From a virus (lineage: Duplodnaviria; Caudoviricetes): a stretch of 55,419 nucleotides of DNA. The position numbers and the translations under genes were made by a program. A model generated the notes under the pieces. It saw only the letters and a program-made list of their open reading frames with translations. It did not search any database and was not told the DNA's origin. This document shows, piece after piece, positions 17,156 through 25,643 of this stretch; the stretch's first letter is position 1, and each line of letters begins with the position of its first letter. The stretch covers positions 1 to 55,419 of the IMG/VR virus record IMGVR_UViG_3300010397_000014. One strand, 5' to 3'.

Positions 17156-17733
17156 AGGACAACCCCGGATAGAGTGATGATCTTGACCGCACCCGACGTA
17201 GCGATGTATCCCCCGTTCGTGACGAGATACGCGAACACCCCCGTCCCGGCCAGCTTGATCTGCCGGTTGATCTGGTCGGCCTGCACGAACAGCGTTGAGC
17301 CCAGATCGGCAGGAGAACCAAGGTCGATATAGCCAAGGTATGAAGCCCTGTCACCGGATGGAAGATCCCACGCGGCGTCATCGGCAAGGGCGCTCGGAGG
17401 CGTGACCGAGTACAGGTACAGCCTGAAACTCGTCATCCCCGATGGAATCGAAGTAACGTCGATTTCCAGGGACGCCGATGTGATCAGAACACTGGAGCCG
17501 CTCGGAGCGAGGCTTGCAAGACTGATCACCGCCGTAGGCGAGCCACCGATCACGTCGTTTGCCGTGTAGGTCGTCGTGTTGGCCGGTCGGGTCACTGTGG
17601 CTGTAACGCTGAACGCCGTCGTTGCCCCCACCGCAGGAAGCCCGGTCATTCCCGGATTGGTGACGACCTGCCCGAACGCCAGCAATGGAGCCAGCATCAG
17701 GGCGAAAAGGAAAAGCGAGAGTTTGCGAATCAT
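17152..17733 (-). CDS. beta-rich tail-region protein with Sec signal peptide
   Basis: MIRKLSLFLFALMLAPLLAFG|Q; TRPANTTTYTANDVIG motif. Confidence 0.75.
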   Translation of the reverse strand: MIRKLSLFLFALMLAPLLAFGQVVTNPGMTGLPAVGATTAFSVTATVTRPANTTTYTANDVIGGSPTAVISLASLAPSGSSVLITSASLEIDVTSIPSGMTSFRLYLYSVTPPSALADDAAWDLPSGDRASYLGYIDLGSPADLGSTLFVQADQINRQIKLAGTGVFAYLVTNGGYIATSGAVKIITLSGVVL

Positions 17734-17750
17734 GGTGTGCTCCGGTGAAG

Positions 17751-19775
17751 TTAGGCGGCGGTCATCGCCGTGGTGAATCTGTGATGCGCCCGTACCACGG
17801 CCCTGATCGGGCTGGCGTTGCGGTCGCTGGGCGCCGGGTGGGTGATCGTCAACGTGAAGGTGGGCACCATCTCGCCGGCACTCCCGGCCCAGGTCCAGCC
17901 GCCGATCGCCACACTGATCCCGGGGGAGGCGTCAGCCACCTCCGACACCAGAACGGCGGAGTGAATCGCCGCGGAGCTTGATTGCTTGCGGGTCCATGAC
18001 GCGAAGAACGTGCCCTTGTACAGGTCGAAGTCGTTGAACGAGTTGGAAACGCAGCGCATCTCCAGATCGATCTCTATGTCGGACCCGGCGTTCTGCTGCA
18101 CCGGAACAGTGATCGTGACGGTGAAGTTGGTCGTCGTCCCGCTGTTGGGCAGGGCGTTGACTATCAGTTCATTGGGCGCCGGCCCGGCGGCGTGCGTGGA
18201 CAGCATGACGCTCTGGCGGCCGTCCAACATGCCGCCGACGCCATGCCCGTAATGCCGGTCGCACTCCACCACGCCGGCCCAGAAGTCGCCGCCCCAGACA
18301 ATCGGGGTGGCGCTCTCGCTTGACCCGCCTTCAACGATGATGGTCTTGGTGGCGCTGTTGTTGTTGTGGACGATCCTGGCCGTGCCTTCCAGGGTCGGCT
18401 CGACGATGCGCAGCACCGAAGCGCCGGCTTCCCCGAAGTTGCAGATGATGTCGCCGCGGTGCCGGTTGCTTCCAAGCACCGGGTACGCCGCCGAGGCGTT
18501 CAGGCTGGCGATGATCACCGCATCCTCGAAATACCCGCCGTCGATGACAGCGCCGAAACCGTAGCCCTGCAAGTACAGCCCCGCCGTGCCGTTGCTGTAG
18601 GTGTGCGGCGCCGGGTCCATCTGCAAGCCGGCGCACGTCGCCGGGTTGATCCCGTAGCGCCCGTTGTTGTGGTAGTAGCCGCCCTCGATCTGGATGTCGG
18701 TCGGCTTGACGCCTTCGGTGCGGACACCGTCGCGGCCGTTGTGGTGCCCGGCGCACTGCACCATGCGGGTGTTCGGCATGGTGTTGCTGATGGTGCTACC
18801 TGCTTTGTTGGCGCCAGTTGGAACAAAACCGTCGTTGGTCCCGCCCATCCACTCCACGTATTCAAACGTTGAGTTCCAGCTCATGTGCTTGTGCACGTCG
18901 GCGCAGACCCCATTGCCGTCGAACACGATGTTGCGCATGTGCACCGGGTTGCCGACATAGCCGGCGTTGTTCACCCAGTTGTCGCTGGCCACCCCGTAGG
19001 AGGCGTCTCCGCCCGCGATGCACTTGAGCGTGGCCCGCCCGCCTGGGCATTCGAGGGTCCAGTCCGCCGTGTTCGGGAACGTCAGGTTCGTGAAGCAGTA
19101 GGTCCTGCCCGCCGTCAGGATGACGTGATTTGAGGCATCGAACGTGGCCTGAAGCGCCGCAGTGTCGTTCGCTATTCCATTGGCAACAGCGCCAGCCGAC
19201 TCAGGCTGCGAGCCTATCCTCAGCAGCGCATCGGCAACAGTCCCAGAGCCATAACCGACTGTTGCCGCTCCTCCAGAGGACGAGAGCGCGGTCAACGATG
19301 CTTTTTCGCTGTCCAGTTCGTTAAGGGCGGCCTGGACGGTTGTCGCAGCGATGTTTCCGGCCGGCTGGTTTCCAATCAGGGCCGCCCCGCCTGAAGCGGC
19401 GTACGTCACCTCTGATGGGGCCTTGGCATTGATCTGAGCCTGAATATTGGAAGTCACCCCAACGAGCTTGTTCATCTCGCCCGCCGAGGCGTTGACCGGG
19501 CTGGTCACGTTCGGGAAGGTGTCAACGATGCTGAAAAGCTCGATGGCCTGCGTGAACCCGGGGCAGCTCAGCGTATAGACGCCGTTGGCCGCGTAGAAAT
19601 CCACCCCCCCGCGAGCGTCAGTGGTCAGCGGGTTGGCCTTGGGTGTAATCCCATTGTCGGAATAGAGCGATGCGACCGGCCCGCCTGGAGTCGCCCCGCG
19701 CGTGACCAGCACTACCAGCCCAACCAGCACTTCGCCGTGCACGTCCTGAAATGGGGTTGAATAGTAGTGCTGCAT
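17751..19775 (-). CDS. tailspike / depolymerase with right-handed beta-helix
   Basis: Head-binding N-terminus (LYSDNG..ANPLTTDARG), TTVQAALNELD, GAVANGIANDTAALQA, Asn/Gly parallel-beta repeats. Confidence 0.85.
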   Translation of the reverse strand: MQHYYSTPFQDVHGEVLVGLVVLVTRGATPGGPVASLYSDNGITPKANPLTTDARGGVDFYAANGVYTLSCPGFTQAIELFSIVDTFPNVTSPVNASAGEMNKLVGVTSNIQAQINAKAPSEVTYAASGGAALIGNQPAGNIAATTVQAALNELDSEKASLTALSSSGGAATVGYGSGTVADALLRIGSQPESAGAVANGIANDTAALQATFDASNHVILTAGRTYCFTNLTFPNTADWTLECPGGRATLKCIAGGDASYGVASDNWVNNAGYVGNPVHMRNIVFDGNGVCADVHKHMSWNSTFEYVEWMGGTNDGFVPTGANKAGSTISNTMPNTRMVQCAGHHNGRDGVRTEGVKPTDIQIEGGYYHNNGRYGINPATCAGLQMDPAPHTYSNGTAGLYLQGYGFGAVIDGGYFEDAVIIASLNASAAYPVLGSNRHRGDIICNFGEAGASVLRIVEPTLEGTARIVHNNNSATKTIIVEGGSSESATPIVWGGDFWAGVVECDRHYGHGVGGMLDGRQSVMLSTHAAGPAPNELIVNALPNSGTTTNFTVTITVPVQQNAGSDIEIDLEMRCVSNSFNDFDLYKGTFFASWTRKQSSSAAIHSAVLVSEVADASPGISVAIGGWTWAGSAGEMVPTFTLTITHPAPSDRNASPIRAVVRAHHRFTTAMTAA

Positions 19776-19784
19776 GGCGGCTCG

Positions 19785-20171
19785 TCAGAATCCTGCGGTC
19801 AGGGAAACGCTGGCTCCGGTCCCACTGATCGAAGTCACGTTGCCGCGTAGATGCAGGTACTTGTCCTGGCTGGTGCAGCCGTTGCTCGCCGTGGTCGTGG
19901 AAAGCGACAGCGTGACGGAACAAATCGGCGGGGAATCCCAGCTCAAGCCGCTATTCATCGAGCCTTCAATGCTGACGACAGCCGTCCCTGTGCCGGCGGT
20001 GGTGCTGCCCCAGACCGAATAGGTCTTGGCGCCGGCCGTGCGGTTGGCTGAGACGATCGCGCCTGCCGCAACCGAGTTGGCCCCGTTCAGGATCGCTACC
20101 TGCGCCAGGGCGAGCTGCGCAACAATGAGGCTGGCCGCGAACGCCAGGGGGATTAGAAAGCGACGGCTCAT
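19785..20171 (-). CDS. small beta-sandwich tail-region protein with signal peptide
   Basis: MSRRFLIPLAFAASLIVAQLALA|Q; VSIEGSMNSG..W; two Cys. Confidence 0.75.
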   Translation of the reverse strand: MSRRFLIPLAFAASLIVAQLALAQVAILNGANSVAAGAIVSANRTAGAKTYSVWGSTTAGTGTAVVSIEGSMNSGLSWDSPPICSVTLSLSTTTASNGCTSQDKYLHLRGNVTSISGTGASVSLTAGF

Positions 20172-20200
20172 AGTGGAGTGCTCCTGAGGTGGTGGAAATG

Positions 20201-20223
20201 AAAAAGCCGCGCAAAGGCGGCTT
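20201..20223 (-). terminator. intrinsic terminator
   Basis: Minus strand AAGCCGC-CTTTGC-GCGGCTT-TTT. Confidence 0.7.
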
Positions 20224-20235
20224 AGAATCTGAAAA

Positions 20236-20463
20236 ATGGAAGACGGGTCGTTCTTGCGGTCTATCGCTGGCGCAGTTGGCGTTCTCTTCTGGGTCTGGGT
20301 CTGGGCGCTATCTGACCGAATAGCCGAGCGCCGTGCCCGCCGATTGGGGCACCGGCCCCATGATCCGAGCCAGGCGATTTACCGTCTGGGGGTCAAGCTG
20401 GGCCGCCGTTTCGGGAAGCTGCGCCGCAAGCGCGTTCTTTACCTGCCCCCGCTCCTGAAATGA
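20236..20463 (+). CDS. small counter-oriented membrane protein (superinfection-exclusion candidate)
   Basis: TAGAAT 6 nt before ATG; one TM and a basic tail; overlaps the 3' end of the last ejection gene. Confidence 0.45.
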   Translation: MEDGSFLRSIAGAVGVLFWVWVWALSDRIAERRARRLGHRPHDPSQAIYRLGVKLGRRFGKLRRKRVLYLPPLLK

Positions 20464-22512
20464 CGCGATCGGCTTCACGATGATGTCGTGGATGTAGGGC
20501 GAGCCCTTCACTTTGCCGACGATCTTGGACAGCATGTTCGCCACTGCGGCCCCGGTGTTGGATTCGTTCACCGCAGATCCCGCCGGCCGCTGCTGGATGT
20601 AGGCCATCACCCGCCCGATCGCGAACAGGTCGTCCGTCTGTTGCGGGCCGAGAATGGCCTCCAGCTTGTTCTTGCCGATGCTGGTCAATTCGTCATTTAA
20701 CGATGCTTGCTTCCCGGACCCATCGCCTGCGGCATTGGCGCCGAATGCTTTCTTTTGCAGGTAGGACATCATCTGCTGCTGCATGGTCTTCTGCCCGTCG
20801 GCCCCAAGCAGTTCGGCCATCTTGTTCAACTCGCGCACCTTGCCGTTGATGACGTATTTGCGCACGAAGTCATCCGGTTCCGCCGAGTTGATTGCCGCTT
20901 TCAGTGCCGGCGCGCTGTCGATTGCCGAGAATCGCTCGCTCGCCTTGCCGCGGGCGAAGTTGGCAAGGGTCGCCGCTTCCATGCCAGCGCCGGTATCGGT
21001 CGCCCCGATGATGGCGTTCTGCACGTGGCCGCGCAGTTCGTCCAGCGCCTTGGCCTGCGCCTGATCGGCCGGGTTGTAGTTTTTGTTGATGGTCTTGATC
21101 AGGCGCTCGGCGTCATCGATGGATAGCGTGCGCACTACTGGCGCAGCAGCTTCCTCATAGCCTCGATAGGCCAGTTGGCGCGCTGTCTCTGGCGCCGAAG
21201 TGGCTCCGTGCGAATGAGGAACTTTCGGCCCGCTTAGGATTTCATCGAATTGCTTGCGAACGGCGCTCGGGATGGTGTCGCCAAAGTCCTTGAGAGTGGC
21301 CGCGTAGCCCTCTTTCATTGGGTCGAGCGGGACCGGAAGCTCTTTGCCAGTAGAGTCCCTGAATGCTTGGTAAGCCGCCCGCACATCGCCGGCCATCTCC
21401 TTGTCCTTGCTCTGGAGCTGGGCTACCAGCGATTGCCCGGCTTCGTAGGGGTTTTTCGCGCCGGCCGCGCCCTGGCGGAACTTCGACGCGATGACGCCTT
21501 GCTGTTCATTCAGGCGGTTCGCGATCGGCTCGCCGACTCCCTGAATCCCGCGCAGGTCCAGCTCCCGCGCGTACTGCGTCGGGTTGCGCGTAACCTGGCC
21601 CAACAGCGGCTGCACGCCTACGCGATCGAAGTCCATTTTGCGCAGCAGCGACGGCGCATCGATCTCCCGGCCAGAGGAAAGCGCCTGTTGCGCCTCGGCG
21701 GTCATCTTGTCCAGAACGATCTTGGGGATTTGACCGATATCGATGTCGTCTTGCGCCAGCGATGCCTTCAGCTCCAGCTGGATCGCCTCCGGCGTCTTGT
21801 TGATAGCGCCATTGCGCATCTTGTCGGTGACGTAGCGCGCGACCGATTCAGATGCCTTGGTCAGTGCCGGGGTCAGCAAAGCGCCAGTCAGCGCACCAAC
21901 GCCTGCCTGCTTGGCTTTGTCGGTCCAGAAGTCATCCGTCATGACCGGCTGCGTCACAGCGCCTGCGGCGCCGGCCGTCGCGCCCTTCAGGGCTAGTTTC
22001 GGGATGCTGTTGCCGATGGCCGGTACCGGCAGCACTCGGCCCACTGCGGCATTGACCGGGCTCACCACGTTTCCCGCTAGGCGCACCAGATCGGTCCCGG
22101 TCTGCCCCGTGGCTTTGCGTGCGGCCTCATACTCCTGATTCGAGCCGCGGATATCGGCGGTCAGCTGGTCGGGGCTGGCGCCTTTGATGCCGAGAACGTC
22201 TCCGGTAAACGTTCCTTCGCCACCGATGGCGTTCGCAGCGCTGTTGACGGCATTCACAAGCCGGTCAGGCAAGACCCGCTGCACCAACTGCGCTGCGGCA
22301 TCGATCGGGTCTTTCATGCCCTTGGCAAGGCGCATCGGGACGCTGGCCAGCAGGTTCTGGCGATCCGTCGGAGCGGCCGGCGGGGCGCTGGCGTCCAGCC
22401 ACTCGGAAGGAACGGCCATGCCGTTGCCTTTGAGCTTCGTCACCAGATCGGCCTTGGTCGTGCCGTCCGGGACGTTTTGGATCACTGTCCCGTCGGGTAG
22501 GCGAACGTCCAT
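20308..22512 (-). CDS. DNA ejection protein (P22 gp16-like position)
   Basis: MDVRLPDGTVIQNVPDGTT N-terminus; Ala-rich helical; third of the trio. Confidence 0.75.
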   Translation of the reverse strand: MDVRLPDGTVIQNVPDGTTKADLVTKLKGNGMAVPSEWLDASAPPAAPTDRQNLLASVPMRLAKGMKDPIDAAAQLVQRVLPDRLVNAVNSAANAIGGEGTFTGDVLGIKGASPDQLTADIRGSNQEYEAARKATGQTGTDLVRLAGNVVSPVNAAVGRVLPVPAIGNSIPKLALKGATAGAAGAVTQPVMTDDFWTDKAKQAGVGALTGALLTPALTKASESVARYVTDKMRNGAINKTPEAIQLELKASLAQDDIDIGQIPKIVLDKMTAEAQQALSSGREIDAPSLLRKMDFDRVGVQPLLGQVTRNPTQYARELDLRGIQGVGEPIANRLNEQQGVIASKFRQGAAGAKNPYEAGQSLVAQLQSKDKEMAGDVRAAYQAFRDSTGKELPVPLDPMKEGYAATLKDFGDTIPSAVRKQFDEILSGPKVPHSHGATSAPETARQLAYRGYEEAAAPVVRTLSIDDAERLIKTINKNYNPADQAQAKALDELRGHVQNAIIGATDTGAGMEAATLANFARGKASERFSAIDSAPALKAAINSAEPDDFVRKYVINGKVRELNKMAELLGADGQKTMQQQMMSYLQKKAFGANAAGDGSGKQASLNDELTSIGKNKLEAILGPQQTDDLFAIGRVMAYIQQRPAGSAVNESNTGAAVANMLSKIVGKVKGSPYIHDIIVKPIASFQERGQVKNALAAQLPETAAQLDPQTVNRLARIMGPVPQSAGTALGYSVR

Positions 22513-22513
22513 T

Positions 22514-23923
22514 TTATTTCAGGCTCCGAAAGTCAACGACACCGGGGGTTGCCGGGGGCGTAGCAGTCGCCCGGCTGTAGTTCGGCAGCGTCGAATCCGG
22601 CAGGCCCGCCGCCCTGCGCTGTTCCATCAGGTTCGTCGCCTGCGCCCCCATCACCATCCGGTAATGCTGAATCGCGCCCTTCAGTTGCGCCGGAGAACTG
22701 GCACTGCTGAAAATCTTGGCCGCTTCGTCGCGCTCGGCCATGCTGCCACCGCCGGCAACGATCGCCTTCACCACTTCCTGCCCGACGATGTTCTTGATCG
22801 CGTCGAAGTTCGTCACGTTCGGGGAGCCGGTTTGCGTGGCGAAGTAGTTCTGGACCTTGTTGACGACTTGCATGTTGCCGTTGTTCATCGCATCGGCCAA
22901 TTCCCCCAGCTGGTCCAAGTGGGCGTTGGCGGTGGATACCGAGCGCAGCGCGTTCCCGAGCGGGCCACTGGTGAATGCCGTCGCCGCGGCTTTCTTGGCC
23001 GTCACGGTGGTCGCGTCGTACTGCGGGTTGATTTCCATCACCCGGCCGAGCAGGCGCTGATTCTTGGGGTTGAGCAGGGCGATTCCGGTTGGCGCCGGAA
23101 GTTGTCCGCTGGCGATGGCCTGCGCGGTGCGCTCGCTGTTCTCGTCCATCGTGCCACCCTGCCCGATGCCGGCCACCTGCAAGTCCTTGGCGATGTTGGC
23201 CGCATTGTTCGCCCGCGAAGTGCTGGCCTGAAGCTGCGCGTCCGGGCTTTGCGTGTTCTTGACGCTGGACACAACCTGCGCCGCGCCACCCATCCCCGGA
23301 ATGGTGAGCACGTCGGTGCTACCTCCGGTGTTGCGGACCTGCACGTTGGGCTTGTTCAGCTCCGTGAACTTGGTCGCGCCGAGTGCGAATTGCTGCTTCC
23401 ACGCTGGAATCTGCGCAGCGTCCTGAGGAATCTCAGCGAGCCATTGAGCAAGCGGAACCCGGCTGATGGCCGAGTCTTTGAGCAATGGGTCGCTGTGCAT
23501 GGCCGTCACCAGCGCGGCGGCGCCTTGCGGGTCGGTGATGTTTTGCGACTGATCGCGGTATTGGGAAATCCGTTGATGCCCAGCTTCGCCGAGAGCCTTG
23601 GTCGCCTTCGCCGCCGCATCCTGCGTTTGCGCTTCCGTGAGTTTTTGCTTGAGCTGAGTCTCGATCATCCCCGGCGCGCTCAGCGGGGCAACCTTGAACG
23701 CCGCAGCCCGACCCTCTGGCGTGCTCAAGTCTCCGCCGCTGGACAAGTGCTGCATCAGCGCATTCATGTCCGCGTCGGTGCGCTGGGCCTTGCTCAGCGA
23801 ATACTGCGCCAGATCGTTCTGGTTCTGCGCCCCTTTGATCTGCATGACCTGGGCCATCATGTTCAGCGGCGATTCGATCTGCATGGGCTTGACGCCCAGG
23901 GCAATGCTGGAATCAATCGGCAT
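22514..23923 (-). CDS. DNA ejection protein (gp20-like position)
   Basis: MPIDSSIALGVKP N-terminus; Ala/Gln-rich. Confidence 0.7.
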   Translation of the reverse strand: MPIDSSIALGVKPMQIESPLNMMAQVMQIKGAQNQNDLAQYSLSKAQRTDADMNALMQHLSSGGDLSTPEGRAAAFKVAPLSAPGMIETQLKQKLTEAQTQDAAAKATKALGEAGHQRISQYRDQSQNITDPQGAAALVTAMHSDPLLKDSAISRVPLAQWLAEIPQDAAQIPAWKQQFALGATKFTELNKPNVQVRNTGGSTDVLTIPGMGGAAQVVSSVKNTQSPDAQLQASTSRANNAANIAKDLQVAGIGQGGTMDENSERTAQAIASGQLPAPTGIALLNPKNQRLLGRVMEINPQYDATTVTAKKAAATAFTSGPLGNALRSVSTANAHLDQLGELADAMNNGNMQVVNKVQNYFATQTGSPNVTNFDAIKNIVGQEVVKAIVAGGGSMAERDEAAKIFSSASSPAQLKGAIQHYRMVMGAQATNLMEQRRAAGLPDSTLPNYSRATATPPATPGVVDFRSLK

Positions 23924-23932
23924 GGTCGCTCC

Positions 23933-25462
23933 TTAATAGCCGTAGCCGCCGCCGGGCCGTTGCAGCATGTTCATGAGGTTGTTGTTTTGGTACATGCCGT
24001 ACCCCTGCCCGATCGCGTTGGTGACCGCATTGGCGCCGCCGACGATGCCCGCGGCTTTCGCGTTCCCGGCCCCGGTAATGTTGCCGCCCGCCGTGGCGCC
24101 GTAGTTGCCGGCGTCGGCGTTGACCTGCCCCGTCGCGGTCTGCCCGGCGCCCATGACGGACTGCAAGGCATTGAGCTTGTTGCTGCGATTGGTCTGGTAG
24201 CGGTTATAGGCTCCGCCGTATTCCTGGCTGGCCTGCCCCTGTGTGTAGGCGGTCATGTCCTTGGCCGCACGTCCCGCCAGGAGGCCACCGCGCGCCGCAG
24301 CGGTGTTGTCCAGCGCCTTCTGGCCCTCGGACAGCCGGAACGCATAGCCCGGATCAGCCTGATAGTCGGCCATGCTGAAATCTTTCATCAGCGAGCCGTA
24401 TGCCGGGTCAGTGGGGTCGCCCTGCGCTTGGCCTCCCGCTACCGGCTTTCCGTCCAGGCTGGTTGCCGCCGGCCCAGGGGTCAGCCCAAGCAGCGTCATC
24501 ATGCGGTTTTGCGCGCCCAGCCCGGCTTGACGGTAGGGGTCATTGAGTTCGATCTGCTTGTTGAGAACGTCGCGCGCGAGCTGGTTCGCATCCGCTGCGG
24601 ATTTAACCTGCGCATCGGCGGCGTCCTTCGCCGCGCCGGCACCCATGACGCCACCGACAACCGCCGCCGCCGGGCCGGCGTACTTCGCAACGGTGTCCCA
24701 GATGCCGCCGCCACCTCCAGCACCGCCGCCCGCCCCCGCCGCAGCAGTGGCGCCAAGGCCAGCAGGGGCCGTCATTCCGGCCGAAGTACCTTCCAGGATG
24801 CCAGTTCCGGCTCCAGCGGCTCCGGTGCCTGCGCCCAAGCCTGCCGGCGCGGCCATACCAGCGGATGAGCCTTGAAGCGCGCCGCCCGCCGCCGTAGTGC
24901 CGCCAGCCGCCCCTGTACCGCCTGCGGCGCTCAGCGGAGCCAGATCAGTCCCCGCGGCACCGCCTACCGACATTGGCCCGCCCACAACAGCTCCAGCGCC
25001 GCCGCCCGCAGCTCCCGCCCCCATGACCGGGTTCGTGCCGAAACTCAGCGCCGCATTGATCCCAGGCGAAACACCAGCAGCAAACCCGGGCGCCATCATC
25101 GCCGCAGCCGTCAGGAACTGCTGCATGGTCGTGTCCGGCGGGATCACGCCATCCTTGATGTACTGACCGTAGAGGTCATACATTTCCTGCGTGTCGCCGA
25201 CGCTGTTGTGCCCGGCGATCTTGTCGCGCAGGTAGCCGGTGGGTGTCCACTGCGCACCGATCCCGCCGCCGCCTTCGGCGCCCATCCCGCCATTGAGTTG
25301 GTCATAGCTGGTGTGGAAGGTGTCGCCGTTGTCCGCAGTCTGGTTCAGATCCCGCGCGCCGAAGGCTTGGCCCGGTGCGACTGCTCCCGAGCCTGAAGTG
25401 GCCGTGCGGTACAGCTTGTTGCGCATCCATGCGAGCTGGTCAGGAGAGAGGTTTGCTGCCAT
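23933..25462 (-). CDS. DNA ejection/transfer protein (gp7-like)
   Basis: DPYRQAG...DPGYAFRLSEGQKALDNTAAARGGLLAG motif. Confidence 0.8.
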   Translation of the reverse strand: MAANLSPDQLAWMRNKLYRTATSGSGAVAPGQAFGARDLNQTADNGDTFHTSYDQLNGGMGAEGGGGIGAQWTPTGYLRDKIAGHNSVGDTQEMYDLYGQYIKDGVIPPDTTMQQFLTAAAMMAPGFAAGVSPGINAALSFGTNPVMGAGAAGGGAGAVVGGPMSVGGAAGTDLAPLSAAGGTGAAGGTTAAGGALQGSSAGMAAPAGLGAGTGAAGAGTGILEGTSAGMTAPAGLGATAAAGAGGGAGGGGGIWDTVAKYAGPAAAVVGGVMGAGAAKDAADAQVKSAADANQLARDVLNKQIELNDPYRQAGLGAQNRMMTLLGLTPGPAATSLDGKPVAGGQAQGDPTDPAYGSLMKDFSMADYQADPGYAFRLSEGQKALDNTAAARGGLLAGRAAKDMTAYTQGQASQEYGGAYNRYQTNRSNKLNALQSVMGAGQTATGQVNADAGNYGATAGGNITGAGNAKAAGIVGGANAVTNAIGQGYGMYQNNNLMNMLQRPGGGYGY

Positions 25463-25478
25463 GTGCGTCCTTCAGTGT

Positions 25479-25643
25479 TCAGTTCGATCCGGCTTCACGC
25501 TGCGCCTTGCGCTTGCGCAGTTCGCTCAATAGGTGGCTCGGCGTTGCAAAGTGGTCGTTGGGCTGACTCGGAACTTTTGCGATCAGTTCGCGCAGTTCCT
25601 CCGCGTCTTTCTCGCTCAGGCCGCTGGTGTCGGGCTCGTTCAT
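25479..25643 (-). CDS. 54-aa protein (MNEPDTSGLSEKDAEELRELI...), possible fibre chaperone
   Basis: TGATG overlap with the upstream stop; not in the ORF track. Confidence 0.5.
   Translation of the reverse strand: MNEPDTSGLSEKDAEELRELIAKVPSQPNDHFATPSHLLSELRKRKAQREAGSN

Noticed and set aside
22184-24868. 894-aa + strand ORF, and similar long antisense ORFs (36181-37812, 31527-32744, 10401-11735)
   Set aside because: Shadow frames of well-supported genes in GC-rich DNA; Arg/His-rich with no motifs
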